A DNA stretch of 64,000 bases from Eledone cirrhosa (Eukaryota), in assembly GCA_964016885.1 (NCBI GenBank), contig OZ024740.1, forward strand, positions 246,636,001 to 246,700,000, given 5' to 3'. Each line of letters starts with the position of its first letter. Position 1 is the stretch's first letter. Shown here one piece after another: positions 12,058-25,420 of this stretch. The notes beneath the pieces are model-generated. The model saw only the letters and a list, made by a program, of their open reading frames with translations. It was not told the origin of the DNA and did no database searches. Both the position numbers and the translations under genes were made by a program.

Positions 12058-12310
12058 TGGTGGTGCACGGCCTAGTGGTAAGGGTGTTTCACTTACGATC
12101 AAAATGTGGGGTTGATCCCTGGACTGGGTTGCGTGTTGTGTTCTCCAACAAAACACTTCATTTCACGTTGCTCCAGTATACCCAGTTGAAAACAATTACT
12201 AGCATGACTGGGTTTAACCCTGCGACAGTCGGGCGTTTTGTCCATGGGGGAGTCTTATACTTTCAATCGCTTCTGGCCAAGAAAACCAGGATAAGCACCG
12301 GCTTGACGAA
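12058..12310 (+). mobile_element. Second tRNA-derived SINE family (diverged)
   Basis: A-box-like ggcctagtggtaa, B-box-like ggttgatccct, conserved core tttcacgttgctccagt shared with 54432-54735. Confidence 0.65.
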
Positions 12311-12319
12311 TTTCCGGAA

Positions 12320-14080
12320 CTGGAATGATTCTCTTATCTCCGAGCTACGCACTTTATCGAATGACGTTACTCCAAAGACCCTTCGGAGGAACCCCATTAC
12401 GGCCGCTTTTAATTCCGCTTGTAATGCGATCGTATTCTTTCGGTCATTACCCAAGATTCATGATCATAGGTAAGGGTTAGTACAAATACCGAATTGACGA
12501 TAGCGAGTTTGATTTTTACATCTAACTCTCTTCTTATTACTGCACCAACTCCTGCAATTCTTGTACTTAATTCAGCCTCCTGCCTTCCTTTACTCGCGAA
12601 CAGGGTCTGAGATACTTGAACTTCTCCACCTGCTTTAGTGGAAATCCAGTCACATGTAGAGTGCATTGTGCAGACTTCTTTGTGAAGACAAGTGACTCAG
12701 TTTTCGCAGCATTGATTTTAGTTCCAGACCTCGGCATCAAACCTATCGAGGGCAAGTCGGTTAAGTAACACTATGTTTGCAAATTCCAATCGACTGATCT
12801 TACACCTGTCAGTCGTGATATCACTTCCAGCCCGGCTGCGCATGTCAATCCTGTTCATGAAAATAATGAACAGGATGGGCGATAGTTCGGTCCCTTGGTG
12901 GAGTCCGATTTCCACATTGAATGGTTTCGATTTAGCACCATTTATCCCATCACAAATACTCGGGCATTTATATAGAGACATCAGGGCAGCAAGAAGCTGA
13001 CCATCGATCATATACTCCTGTACAACTTTCCACAGCAGGTCCTGAGGAACGTGGTCATATGCCTTCTCAAGGTCTACACAATCAGAATATACCTCTTGGC
13101 AATACTCCCACGATTTTTCGGATACCTGCCGCAGAGTGAATATTTGGTCGGCTGTGCTGCGTCCGGGCGAAAACCGTACTGTTCATCAGCTAGATTGGAC
13201 TTGACAATCTCCCTGCTTCTTTTTGCCAGACACTTAGCATAGACTTTATCAGGGAGGCTTAACAAGGAGATCCCTCTGTAATTGGAACAATCTCTCTTGT
13301 CTCTCTTTTTGGAAAGTGGGATTATCATTCCCGATTACCATTGCTTGGGTGCCTTTCCCGAGATCCAGGTCACCAAGTACACACGATCCATCCATAGAAT
13401 ACCGTCTCTATTTAAAGCTTTTAACACCTCGGACCGGATTTCACCTTCCCCAGCGGCCTTGACACATTTGTCCTCTTTAACTGCTCTTATGACCACAGCC
13501 TCTCAGATATTGGTCACCGCTCTCAGATATACCTCGTGTACATCAGAAGATGCTGTTTTTATCAGGTTTCAAAATCAGCAAAGTATTTTCTTAACTTCAC
13601 GAGGATGCACCTCTCTGAAGATAGGAGAACCCTAGGCGTGGTTCTGATAGCAGGTGTGAAGGTCTGCTAGAACACTTTATTTGCTGATCTGAAGTCGGAT
13701 TTCAGCTTAACCCCAAAGTCCTCCCATGCCTTAACTTTGGACACGTTTACTGTCCCTGCTACGATTTTCGTGCCTGCTTGTACCGCAAGTGCAAGAAGGA
13801 GGACTTATTTCCAAGCCAAGCTTTGTCGGCTTCCTTCATTGCTCAGTTGGCATCTTTGACCTCGTGATTGAACCGCGGTGTCCTCCTGCCATCCGGTGCC
13901 ACACCAAGCCTCTTTTGCTCGCAGCATTTAACAGTTGAAGCAGAAACTGCTGAGCTGCACAATCTCGACTCTGTCTTAACGACCCCAGTTTGCTCAGGGA
14001 GTTCTCTGAATTTAGATGCAAAAGTATCTGCATACATGGTCCTTACGTCCTTTTCCACCAACGCTTTCCACTTTATCCTT
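12320..14080 (-). mobile_element. Degenerate RTE-clade LINE fragment (RT region)
   Basis: IIPLSKKRDKRDCSNYRGISLLSLPDKVYAKCL, EQYGFRP, GLHQGTELSPILF, LEFAN, VMGFLRRVFGVT. Confidence 0.88.
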
Positions 14081-14448
14081 TTATAATGTTACAAAATAGC
14101 TAGATTACTACAAATATGATTATAGATATCATTATTCATCGGATTGTTGATATAAAAGGAAACGTGTATTTTTTTGATTTATTTCAATTTTTGTACATGC
14201 GGGTAAAGACCCTTTTAAATAAAGTATTTGATAAAGTATCTTGCTCAAGGACACAACACATCACCCGATCCCGAAATCGGAGAAGTAGTAGATACATAGT
14301 ATGATGCAGAATGGGTATATTAGTGAAGTAGAGAATCGACCACGAGTCCGGGTGGTTTCGGCTAGTTACTTCTAGATTAAAAAATAGAAAAATGGGAGAC
14401 ATGTTTGTGTGTATGTGTGTGTGCTGTTTTTAATTTTTTGTGTGTGTC

Positions 14449-14564
<116 letters not shown>

Positions 14565-14711
14565 CAAAAGGAATATTTAATTTGTTTATAACTGATTCGA
14601 AGCACTCGACAGATTTCTGGAGTATAATCTCAATGATATAAAATATCCAGGAAAAACTTGAACCGTTAAGATCTTCCTGGATATGTCAATATTTATAAAA
14701 CAAACTTTGTA

Positions 14712-14766
14712 TTTTATCTGATGAGGGCGTACCAAAGTTTTGGTACCCTTGAAATAATATATAAAA
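14712..14766 (+). ncRNA. Type I hammerhead ribozyme (family C), stem III slightly altered
   Basis: ttttat-CTGATGA-gggcgtaccaaag ttttggtaccctt-GAAA-taata-TA-taaaa; flanks homologous to 51895-52146 and 57487-57880. Confidence 0.75.
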
Positions 14767-14829
14767 GAATAAATATGGTTTTATAAATATAGTTTCCATT
14801 TATTTAACATCATTGATCTCTCTCTCTCT

Positions 14830-14868
<39 letters not shown>

Positions 14869-15454
14869 GTATATGTGTTTATGTGTGTGTTTATGGTTGC
14901 GCGTAAGTGTGTGAGTGAGTATGTGTGTTTTTTTGTTTTTTAGGTGTGGTTTTTTTTTGTTTTTCTGTTTTTTTGTTTTTTTGGGTGTTTTTGTTTTTTT
15001 GTGAATGTGTCTGTTGATTTGGCATATTGTTGATTAGTTTAAGAGAAGTTCGAAGATAATAGTAAGATATGCACTCAGTATTTTGAATCTGTCTGCAGAA
15101 TTCCCTAGACCTTTGTCACTTAGTAGAACCTTAATGACTTTAGCTTTTAAAGAATCTCCCTTTTCTTTAATTCTATCGAGCATGAATGACCCCCCACTGA
15201 TTTTATAGACATCTGCTAGCTTAAGAGAAACTTATTGACAAGGAATGGTATGCCATCCGGAACCTGTTTATAGAATTCTGTCTGCCTTTGTTACTCTAAA
15301 AACATAAATAAATATAAATTAACTATAGCTATGTAGAATTAGCTTTTAATGAATTCCCTTCTCTATCAACCAATGACCTGCACCCATCCCACTCCCCACC
15401 CTCTCCTACCACTTGTAGAGACCTATAAATACCATATTTACTTTTTGATACCCA

Positions 15455-15503
15455 GATTCCTGATGATTTCTAATGAATGAAACAGTTCTAGTCCTGTAGA
15501 ATC
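15455..15503 (+). ncRNA. Type I hammerhead ribozyme with a looped stem III
   Basis: gattc-CTGATGA-tttc taat gaat-GAAA-cag ttctagtc ctg-TA-gaatc; degenerate or partial homologs at 5008-5053(-), 9797-9821(-) and 33992-34035(-). Confidence 0.82.
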
Positions 15504-15586
15504 TCATCTATATTAAAACTGTTATACTCTGCTATGTATTGAGTACCTTACTTACTGTGGTTACCTCCGATTCAACCCGGAATAAC

Positions 15587-15663
<77 letters not shown>

Positions 15664-15734
15664 CACACACACACTGCCAATACTGGTATTGAACCATCAA
15701 GACCGTTGAGGTATGTCATACATCAATTCATGTA

Positions 15735-15796
15735 TTTTATCTGACGAGGACGTACTGAAAAAACAGCACAGTACCTGCGAAATATATATAATAAAA
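15735..15796 (+). ncRNA. Type I hammerhead ribozyme (C-related; homolog of 61074-61137)
   Basis: ttttat-CTGACGA-ggacgtactg...cagtacctgc-GAAA-tatata-TA-ataaaa. Confidence 0.8.
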
Positions 15797-16579
15797 CATA
15801 TAGTTTGATTATGTGAATGTCTTCATTTATTAATATTCTGAATAGTATATATATATATATACTATTCAGAATATGTGTCTCCTCTGTTTCCTTTTTCTGA
15901 TCTTATTCTCTTTACTTCATCTTGTTTTTTTGTGTGGTGTGTATGTGGTCTGCGCGTGCGTGTGTGTTTGTGTCTGTGTGCTACTTCCACGAGCTTTTGC
16001 ATTTGACATGTGTGTATATATGTCTGTGCATGTAAATGTTTTGTTTCTTCTCCAAGTTTTTGTGCGTAAGTGTCTTTTTTTTGTCTCTCTCGCCCGTTAC
16101 TGGGTAGTTGTTCTTTTTTTTGTATCCTATAGGTTGATGAGTTATGTCTGTCTTTGTATTTTTTAGATATCTTCTGTGTCCTTACATTGTCTTCAGACGC
16201 TAGGTTGTAGGATTGTTATTCCATTCATGGTTTTTACTGAGTTTCGTCCTACATTCAGTTATAAGTGTGGATTAATTTATCTGTCTGATTCCGCCAAATT
16301 CAGGTAGTTATATTGAACAGCTTGGATGTTAAACTTTTCGGTATAGACACCTAGATTTGATGGAATCCCTCCCTTGGTTTAAAGGTTAAAGCACTCTACT
16401 GGAATTCCAGAGATACGAATTTCGATACTCCTTCGCAGCTGCTTGTCACTTTTTTCCATCTCTGAGGGTATTTCATTCGATTTCTAAGTTATTATTTAGA
16501 GCCATAAGCTGTTGTTACACTTATTTTCTGTGTTTGAGATTCCTATATTTTCAAATATTTCAAATCACCCAGCTCTTCG

Positions 16580-16620
<41 letters not shown>

Positions 16621-16739
16621 TCATTCAAAATGGGGTGGGAGAAGGGAGAGAATAGTGCGTGAGGGCTTAGCTAAAGGAGAAAACTATAGAAAGGAGAGAG
16701 ATAGTAAAACAGAAGAGTATATAATAAGGACTGTAGTCC

Positions 16740-17870
16740 AACATGCTGACAAAGTTAACTTATATACACTAGGATTCATGTCACCTAACTACGGTCTTTA
16801 AAAAACTTCATTAGAAACATCAGTACTAAGATTTCTAATCTTTCTTCTAACAAGGCAATCTTTGACAGAACGGTACCTTAATATAACACTGCGTTAGCCA
16901 ACAGCGGCTTCTCCGATAACACTTTTACCCCCTCCTAATCACACTACCAGCAGAAAGGGAAATAGAAATAGATACATAATTTGGTTCTGCTCACACTTCT
17001 CGCTCAGAGTTAGAACCAATGTTGCTAGGAAAATCTTGGCACTCCTAGACAAACACTTCTCCACAGGACATGAATACAGACCTATCTTCAATAGACACAG
17101 GGGAAAACTCGGAGATTCCTGTGCTGAAAATATGAACGCCCACATCACCACCAACTCCAAGAGCTCTCCCCTACCCAGATGCTCTTGTAGAAGACCAGAA
17201 GCATGCTCTCTTCAACAACAGTGTAACACCGGCAGTCGTCTATGAGGCTGAAGTTACATCCACTCGACCAAATCAACAGAGGATGTCAAAACATATGTAG
17301 GTATGCCGGTTTAAAGAACGCTTCCTTAACCATCAGACGAACTTTAGACACTCTGATAAGCGATCGTCCACAAAGCTGGCAAGCCACACATTGGCACTCA
17401 ATAGGCGTGAATCTCTCCATTCAATGGAAATTTCTGGTCAAATGAAAGCTAACACGGAAATGGAACAATGTCCTGTAAGCTGTATATTGACGAAAGAGTG
17501 AATATATTGCAGAGGTTACGCAATTGTACTTGTCTTAACACAAGATCCGATATTTTTTAATCGCTGTCCGTACGCTGTGAAGTATCTGTTACGTAATTGG
17601 ACAGACCCCGGATAGCCACAAATCTTACCCAAACGAAAATTGCCTCCTCCGCATCAGTCTAATTTTAGTGGTCTTCCATGTCACAAAACTCTTGCCGTCA
17701 GTCGCGCAGAATCCGATCAGCTCATATAGACTTCCGTTCTTACTGCAGCCATACACGGGCTGAAAATCCGTTCGGTGAAACGTGCGTACTCGAGTATGGT
17801 TTGCTAATTTATTTTGGAAATAACTCTATACCGAACTCGTCTTTTGAACTGAGTGCTCTACTTACCATTC
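16740..17870 (+). mobile_element. Degenerate Penelope-like element 3' part (RT thumb + Cys-rich linker + GIY-YIG) with 3' UTR
   Basis: KISNLSSNKAIFD..YNTALANSG, LLDKHF, CSCRRPEACSL, VYEAEV; degenerate HHR at 17750-17798 (cggg-CTGAAAA-tccgttcggt-GAAA-cgtgcg-TA-ctcg). Confidence 0.75.
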
Positions 17871-17895
17871 TCTCCCTATCTCTTTCTGCCCCCCC

Positions 17896-18048
<153 letters not shown>

Positions 18049-20271
18049 CAGCTAGGAAAGACTACTAGAGGTAAATGCAGTTAGTATAGGCCGACAGTTG
18101 AGACTAATGTGAAAGATTTCTGTTATATATCAATTGGTTTGTTCATGTCTGTTGAGAGAAAGGTCACTCCCACCGTCAACACTTAACATAATAAGCATTT
18201 TAACATTCCCCAATGTCAACCTTTGACCTGACCTCTACACAAACATTGCATTCCTATCGTCACACACTCTGGAATGTTCTTCTACTTTACCGCCTCCTCC
18301 CGATACTACCATCAACATCAACACCAATACCACTGACAACAACGACACTACCATGGCCACTGTCATCACAAACAACAATATTATGGTGACGACGACCACC
18401 ACCACCTCCGCAACCATCACAACTACCACTAACACTTCTATCAAAACCACCACCATCACCACCATCATCATTACGACCCTATCACAACTTGACATGCTAG
18501 AAATAGTAATCAAATGTAAAGTGTTGGGAGAAGTGTTAGAACATCGAACGAAATGCTTTAGGGAGTATTTTCAGCTTTTTGCGTTCAGAGTTCAAATCCT
18601 GTCGAAGCCAGCCCTGACTGACATCCTCTGAGGTGGCTAGTTAACCTACTACTCGACGGAGAAATAATTAGAGAATTGGATGGGATTTCGTACAGTATTT
18701 GTTCTGATTCGTTGTATTGTGTTCAACTCTTATTGTGGCCGACTTATGAGGTAGGTCACCAAACTCAAAACTTTAATTGGAAATATTTGTGGTAACTTCC
18801 TGGAGTTATGTTGTATGGTGTTCAGAGATTATAGGGAGCTCTGCTCCATTTGTTTTCTACTCAGAGGTAGATTTGCATTTTATCTCCGCCCCATAATTTG
18901 AGCCCTTTGCTTTGGAAAGATTTATTTCATGTTTAACTCTTAACCTCCTGTACCCCATGAAACCGCATTAACAATATCTTCTTCAAAAGTACAAAGCAAC
19001 ACCAAGGCTGCCTCACAGTAAGAATTATAATCTTTACTTTAGTTTACTGAAAATGTTCACAATTGCCTGTCCAGTAATAAAGATATAAACATTTGAAACA
19101 ACAAATGCGGTTTTAGATGTTTGTTGCTAAATCATGATAGGGTGTTAAAAGTTTTAAAAATCAAAGTTTTGTGTCTTAAAAACTGAAGGACACCATGCAG
19201 TAATTTTGTTCCAGATACACTGTGCCTGAATAAATGACGGTATTGACTTAAATGCCTCGATTCAGATGAAACCTGGGACCCATTTATAGGGATGGTTTTG
19301 TCAGAGGAGGAAAAGTAGCGCCTGTAACTTTTCCGGGACCTTCGAAATTGATGAAAAGAAAAGGAGGAAAATAGAAAATCTTTACACCAGAGACCTGATT
19401 CGAAATCTTATGACAGAGGCTATTATATTAAAAGATCACAAGCGCCAGAGTATGCTGTTATACCGGATGACGGTTTAAATCTATCACCTAAGAACAGGAT
19501 CACTCCTGCGACATGCTTCAATGTCGCTTGGTGAGAAGATACTTTCTCGTGGTGCAGTGCAGGGGAATCCTACCCGGAAACATGTTGCTGGAAAGTGAAC
19601 TTAACCACATTGTTATGAGTTTACATGACTGGAATGCTTTTTTGCATAGGTCTACAGGCATAGGGATGGTCTGGTGCTTGGCAACAACTGCAACCACTAG
19701 CACCACCAACACAACCAACGCCGCCAACGCCACCACTACTATTACCGACATCAAGATTAACACCACCACTAGTAAACTATAAACACAACCACGAATACAA
19801 ACATCACTATTGTCACCTACCCCATCCCATCACAACGTCTATCAAGACCCACAATGCCCTCCTACTTTCCCAACCATAGGTTTTATTTCTGTCATATGTC
19901 ACGACACCATTGCCACCGCCACCGTCACCCCCACACCCACTACACTTTCTTTGTCATTGGTGACTTTTGTGACACGGTAAAATGATAAAATGATTATGTG
20001 AATATGTGGGTGTGCATGTGTGTATATATATATGTATGTGAATGTCTGTGTACTGTGTATCTATGTAAGTGCATATATGTTTAATTTTTGTATATGTGTA
20101 CATATGAATTTATATATGTGTCTATATGGGTTGGCGAATATATATTATATATATGGTCATGTGTATGTGTGCATATGTATGTGGGATTGCTGTCTAATGT
20201 AGGTTCATTTGTATGTGTGTAGAATCGATTCTGCATTTATGGGTGTGCTTGCGTATTCATGTGTTTATGTG

Positions 20272-20329
<58 letters not shown>

Positions 20330-20452
20330 GGAGGTGAGTTTTATTGTAGTACAATAAAGCAATGCAGATATCGGATAAGAAGCACTCTACAGTTTGTAGG
20401 ACTGGAGTATACATAATATATAAGAACAAAAGATGGTTAAAGGAGTTCCATG

Positions 20453-20523
20453 TATTTTATTATGCGCATTTCAAAAACAAACATCATCATGCAATAATAT
20501 TTGTGTTTTCATCAGATAAAACA
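20453..20523 (-). ncRNA. Type I hammerhead ribozyme (family B)
   Basis: Minus: tgttttat-CTGATGA-aaacacaaat...gtttgttttt-GAAA-tgcgca-TA-ataaaata. Confidence 0.87.
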
Positions 20524-20604
20524 GGAGGACATGATATGAAGGCATATGTTGATTTAAAACTGCACTATCCACAAGTGTTTTTTAGCCTTCATATCATGTC
20601 CTCC

Positions 20605-20675
20605 TGTTTTATCTGATGAAAACACAAATATTATTGCCTGATGATGTTTGTTTTTGAAATGCGCATAATAAAATA
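20605..20675 (+). ncRNA. Type I hammerhead ribozyme (family B)
   Basis: tgttttat-CTGATGA-aaacacaaat...gtttgttttt-GAAA-tgcgca-TA-ataaaata. Confidence 0.87.
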
Positions 20676-20705
20676 CATGGAACTCCTTTAACCATCTTTT
20701 GTTCT

Positions 20706-20763
<58 letters not shown>

Positions 20764-20859
20764 ATGAGAAGAATGAATACTGCCTGGTTGCACATGGGTT
20801 ACATATAATAAAAATAGTCCTTCATCAGTGATTTTCCAACCTTCATTGGTATTTCATCG

Positions 20860-20952
<93 letters not shown>

Positions 20953-21143
20953 TATATATAATTATATAATAAACAACACAATATAATTATTCCATTACCA
21001 AAGGTTTCATGAAATTAGACGATTCTAACAGAAACGTCCAGTTCGCTCATCCGATGAAATATTTATGTTATAGATATAAGATTTGAAATCAAAATCTATA
21101 GATATCGTCTGTTTCAAATTCCAGCAGAGAGCGGGAGAAGCAC

Positions 21144-21180
21144 TGTCCTGATGACGGTCTGAGCCAGAAACGTGTTGGCA
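21144..21180 (+). ncRNA. Minimal type I hammerhead ribozyme
   Basis: tgtc-CTGATGA-cggt ctga gcca-GAAA-cgtg-TT-ggca; short stems with G-U pairs. Confidence 0.65.
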
Positions 21181-21492
21181 ATTGTCTCCGCTACTTCAGC
21201 TGCAATCCGCTAGACGGCGCTGGCTGTCAGCTTTTTAATATTCATTGCTAGAAGGCTTTCTAAATGTTTATTCGTTGTGGAAATAGAAACTTCAAATTAT
21301 CTTGAATTATTTGAATTTGCATATTATTGAAAATTTGATTAAATCCAGCTCTGAATTTCGTTAAAACATCCGGACTGCAGAATTAAGTTTCACCTTGAGG
21401 TTGACAAACTATGATATGATTGGGATTTAGTTTCAAACAGGAAATGGTGTATACACCTGATATAATATATACAGTGGTGCCGTTGATATTAT

Positions 21493-21675
21493 AATTGTTT
21501 CTACTTTAGGCACAAGGCCAGCAATTACCCAGTGCATTACTGGTACTTTATTTTATCGACCCCGTAAGGATGAAAGGCAAAGTCAACCTCGGCGGGATTT
21601 GAACTCAGATCGTAAAGGGACGTAACTATGCTGGAAAGCATGGCGTCCGACCCTCTACCGATACTGCCAATCCAC
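21493..21675 (-). mobile_element. tRNA-derived SINE (OK-like) with target-site duplication
   Basis: Homologous to 9512-9694; TSD ttgatattataat at 21483-21495 and 21681-21693. Confidence 0.88.
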
Positions 21676-21739
21676 ATGCCTTGATATTATAATAACATTA
21701 ATTATGGTAAATTACAGAAATATCTTCCTCAAACACTCA

Positions 21740-23012
21740 TTTCATCAAGTCTTCTCAGAAGCAAGTATCTCCAACTGATCCGGCTGAAACCCCAATCTCA
21801 TGGATGTTATCCACCCATCTTGCTCGGGGTCTACCCTAGAGTCTCTTGCCGGTTGGTTTTGCCCGTAGAATCTGTCCAGCGATTCTTTATTGAGACATTC
21901 TAATCACATGCCCATAGTATCGGAGCTGTGATCTCTCAATTAGGAGAAGTAGCGGTTCTCTCTGGAGTGATTCCCTGATCTCCGAGCTATGCACTCTATC
22001 GAGTAACGTTACTCCAAAGACCCTTCGAAGGAACCCCATTTCGGCCGCTGGTATTCGTGATCGTATTCTTTTGGTCATGATACAAGACTCATGACCATAG
22101 GTAAGGGACGGCATGAATATTAAATTGAATATAGCGAGTTTGGCTGTTACACCTACCTACCCCCTTCTTATTACTGAATGCTGAAGCTGGTGCATTACTG
22201 CACCAGCTCCTGCAATTCTTGCACTTAATTCAGCCTCCTGCCTTCCATCACTCGTGATCACGGCCTGAGATACTCGAACTTCTCCACCTGCTTCAGTGAA
22301 AATCCAGTCATGTACAGTGCACTGCACAAGCTTCCTTGAGAGGACGAGTGTCTCAGTTTTCACAACACTAACTTTCATTCCAGCAACGCAGCTCTCAGCA
22401 TTAAACCTATCAAGTGTAAGTCGGAGGTCACCTTCTGTCGAGTTAAGTAGCACCATGTCGTCTGCAAATTCCAATCGACTGGTTTTTACACCTGCCCGTC
22501 GTGATATAATTTCCAGCCCAGCTGCGCATGTCAATCCTGTTCATGAAAATAACGAACAGGAGAAGTGAGAGGTGACAGTACGTGCCCTTGGCGGAGTTCG
22601 ACTCCCACATTGAATGATTTCGATTTAGCACCATTTATCCGATCAAAAATACTCGGGCATTCGTATAGAGACATCAGGGCAGTAGGGAACTGACCATCTA
22701 TCCTATACTACTGCAGAACCTTCCACAGCAGGTCCCGAGGAACGCGGCCATATGCAATACTCCCACGGCTGCAATACTCCCAAGACCTGCTGCAGTGTGA
22801 ATATTTGGTCGGCTGTGCTCCCTCCGGTGTTAAAACCATACTGTTCATTAGCTAGCTTGGACTCGACAATCTTCCTGCATCTCTTTGCCAGGCACTTAGC
22901 ATAGACTTTACTGGGGAGGTTTAACAAGGAGATCTCTCTATATTCAGAACAATCTCTCTAGTTTCTCTTTTTGAAAATTGTGATTATCACTCCAGATTGC
23001 CATTGCTTAGGT
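21740..23012 (-). mobile_element. RTE-clade LINE 3' fragment, same family as 12320-14080
   Basis: LNLPSKVYAKCLAKR, EQYGF, RLEFADD, LTYGHESCIM, AAEMGFLRRVFGVTLLDRV, SQLRYYGHVIRM. Confidence 0.88.
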
Positions 23013-23579
23013 GAATCGATCCCAGCACTTGACTGGTTCTTTTTTTATCGACCTCGAAAACATGAAAAGCAATATTGACATAAGCGGGTTTTGAACTCAG
23101 AGCGCAGTAACCAAACGAATACTGCAAATCATATTATATGACCTTCTAACAACTCACCGCCTTAGCCATTTTCATATTAACAGTTTTTTGTTTTGTATTT
23201 ACTTTCTTTTTATATTTCTCTTTCTATCTTTTTTTGTTTGTTTGTTTGTTTCTTTCTTTCTTTCTTAATTAATTAATTATTCTTTTATTTATTTTTCAAT
23301 ACAGCGAATACTAGAATGAGGAGAGCATCTTGCTTGGTTCCTTTTTGTTCTGAGTTCAAAACTCCCACAAGCGCCGAATTTGCCATTTAGTCATCAAAGG
23401 TCGTGACTAGTAGGAGGCTTCGATAAAATGTGAACCAGACAAGTACTTAATTGGGTGGTTGGTAGAAGCAGTGCCACTCCCTCTCATTTTGACTAATCTT
23501 GAGCCAAAGCTAGAAAGGAAATCACATTAGTTTGTCGTAATGACAGATAACTAGTAAGTGGGGAAAACTTGGAAATATT

Positions 23580-23872
23580 ACAACAGCAGCAACACCACCA
23601 CCACAACAACAATAGAAACCACCACCACCACCAAGAACAACAACATCAACAAAAACAACAACAATAACAATAACAACGGTAACAACAATAACACAATCAA
23701 CAACAACAGCAGTAACAATAATAACAACAGCAACAACAATAACATAATCAACAACTGCAGTAACAACAACGACGGCATCAACAATATTAGTAGTAGCAAC
23801 GACGACAACACGAATATCAACAACAGCATTAGTAATGATAATGATAATAATGATAATAATGATAATAATATT
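23580..23872. repeat. (AAC/AAT)n low-complexity tract
   Basis: Direct reading. Confidence 0.9.
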
Positions 23873-24011
23873 ACAATGTGAAGAATATATATTCACAATA
23901 GATAATTTCTTCTCTAGTCAACGAAGGTTTTTGTACAATAGCAAAATACGAAAGAATATGTCAGAGGGCTAATTAACTTTTAAACGAAACATTATATGTG
24001 TTTGTCTCACT

Positions 24012-24136
24012 GTATGTATGTATGTATGTATGTATGTATGTATGTATGTATGTATGTATGTATGTATGTATGTATGTATGTATGTATGTATGTATGTATG
24101 TATGTATGTATGTATGTATGTATGCATGTATGTATG

Positions 24137-24208
<72 letters not shown>
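24012..24208. repeat. (GTAT)n followed by (TA)n microsatellite
   Basis: Direct reading. Confidence 0.97.
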
Positions 24209-24210
<2 letters not shown>

Positions 24211-25000
24211 CACACATACGTATATACACATACACACATACACACACGTAAACACATATACGAACATTCAACCACATACATAGAAAGTCAGGTGATGGTG
24301 ACCTCTTCAAAGGCCAATGATGTCAGTGATGTCATGAAGTGTTTGAAATGTATGTCGGGCACCTACAGCTTTCTATACATAGCTGCCATCTGTTGGTGGT
24401 GGTGGCATTACGAAATAAAAAAAACTATCGTCTGATTCGACAAAAATTTGTTCAGAACCAATTTGACAAACTACAGAACGAAACGATTACACATATATAT
24501 ATATAAAACATCAAGCATCCAATCTTGTAATATAATTACAAGATTCCGATTAAAATATGTTATTTGAGACATAGAACAACAATTGTCTGAGTAAGCATAT
24601 AAGGATTTCGTTTTACGTTTTGGGTTATTTTTAAGGTTAGTGTTAGGGTCATTATTGGTGTCATTTGCCAATGGTAGTTCTTAGGTTTCTTACTGAAGAT
24701 TGTTATTAATTGTTTGATTACATTTAGGTCTAATGTTAAGTACGGTAAGTACTAAAGATAAGGGTTAGAGTAAGGTTAGTGATTTTGTAGTTTGGAATTA
24801 GCTGGGAGTTGAGATTATACAGTGGACCAAAGGTCACGAGGGTGTTTCAACATGTAATAAATCCTTCAATTTTTGTTTCAAATATAAAATATTATTGCAT
24901 CATATAAAGTACATACAGGAAATATTTATTTCCTATACATACTGTATATGATATGATATTTTAAATTAATACAGATTAAAAATTCACTGAGAGAGATATT

Positions 25001-25120
25001 AATTGTTTCTATTTTAGGCACAAGGCCAGCATAACCCAGTACATTACTGGTACTTTATTTTATCGACCCCGTAAGGATGAAAGGCAAAGTTAACCTCGGC
25101 CGGATTTGAATTCAGATCGT
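25001..25120 (-). mobile_element. 5'-truncated OK-like SINE
   Basis: Matches the 3' part of 9512-9694. Confidence 0.8.
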
Positions 25121-25420
25121 GACACATAAACATATTTTATATGCGTTCATATATGATTTTATTTCGAATTACACTATGTAAATAAGATGTAAACACACTA
25201 TGTAAATAAGATGTAAATAAGATGTAAACAATAAAAGACTCTTTCCGGTGTTTCATTACTTGAGGATTAACGATTTAGAAATACATATATTCAGAGCTCC
25301 TAGTCCAATAACGTGGCAGTTGTGATAAGATCGCAGTTTTAAAAACTCATACTGGGCCTAAATGTGTGTTTATTATACATTAATATATTGTATGTGTACA
25401 CACAGTCATATATATATCTA

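Larger units (their letters stand above)
20326..20715. mobile_element. Family B fold-back element between (TA)n tracts
   Basis: Minus copy 20326-20542 followed by plus copy 20544-20715. Confidence 0.85.

Noticed and set aside
19200-19685. Non-repetitive, moderately GC-rich stretch that might be coding
   Set aside because: No recognisable motif, stops in the frames I tried, no clear splice sites
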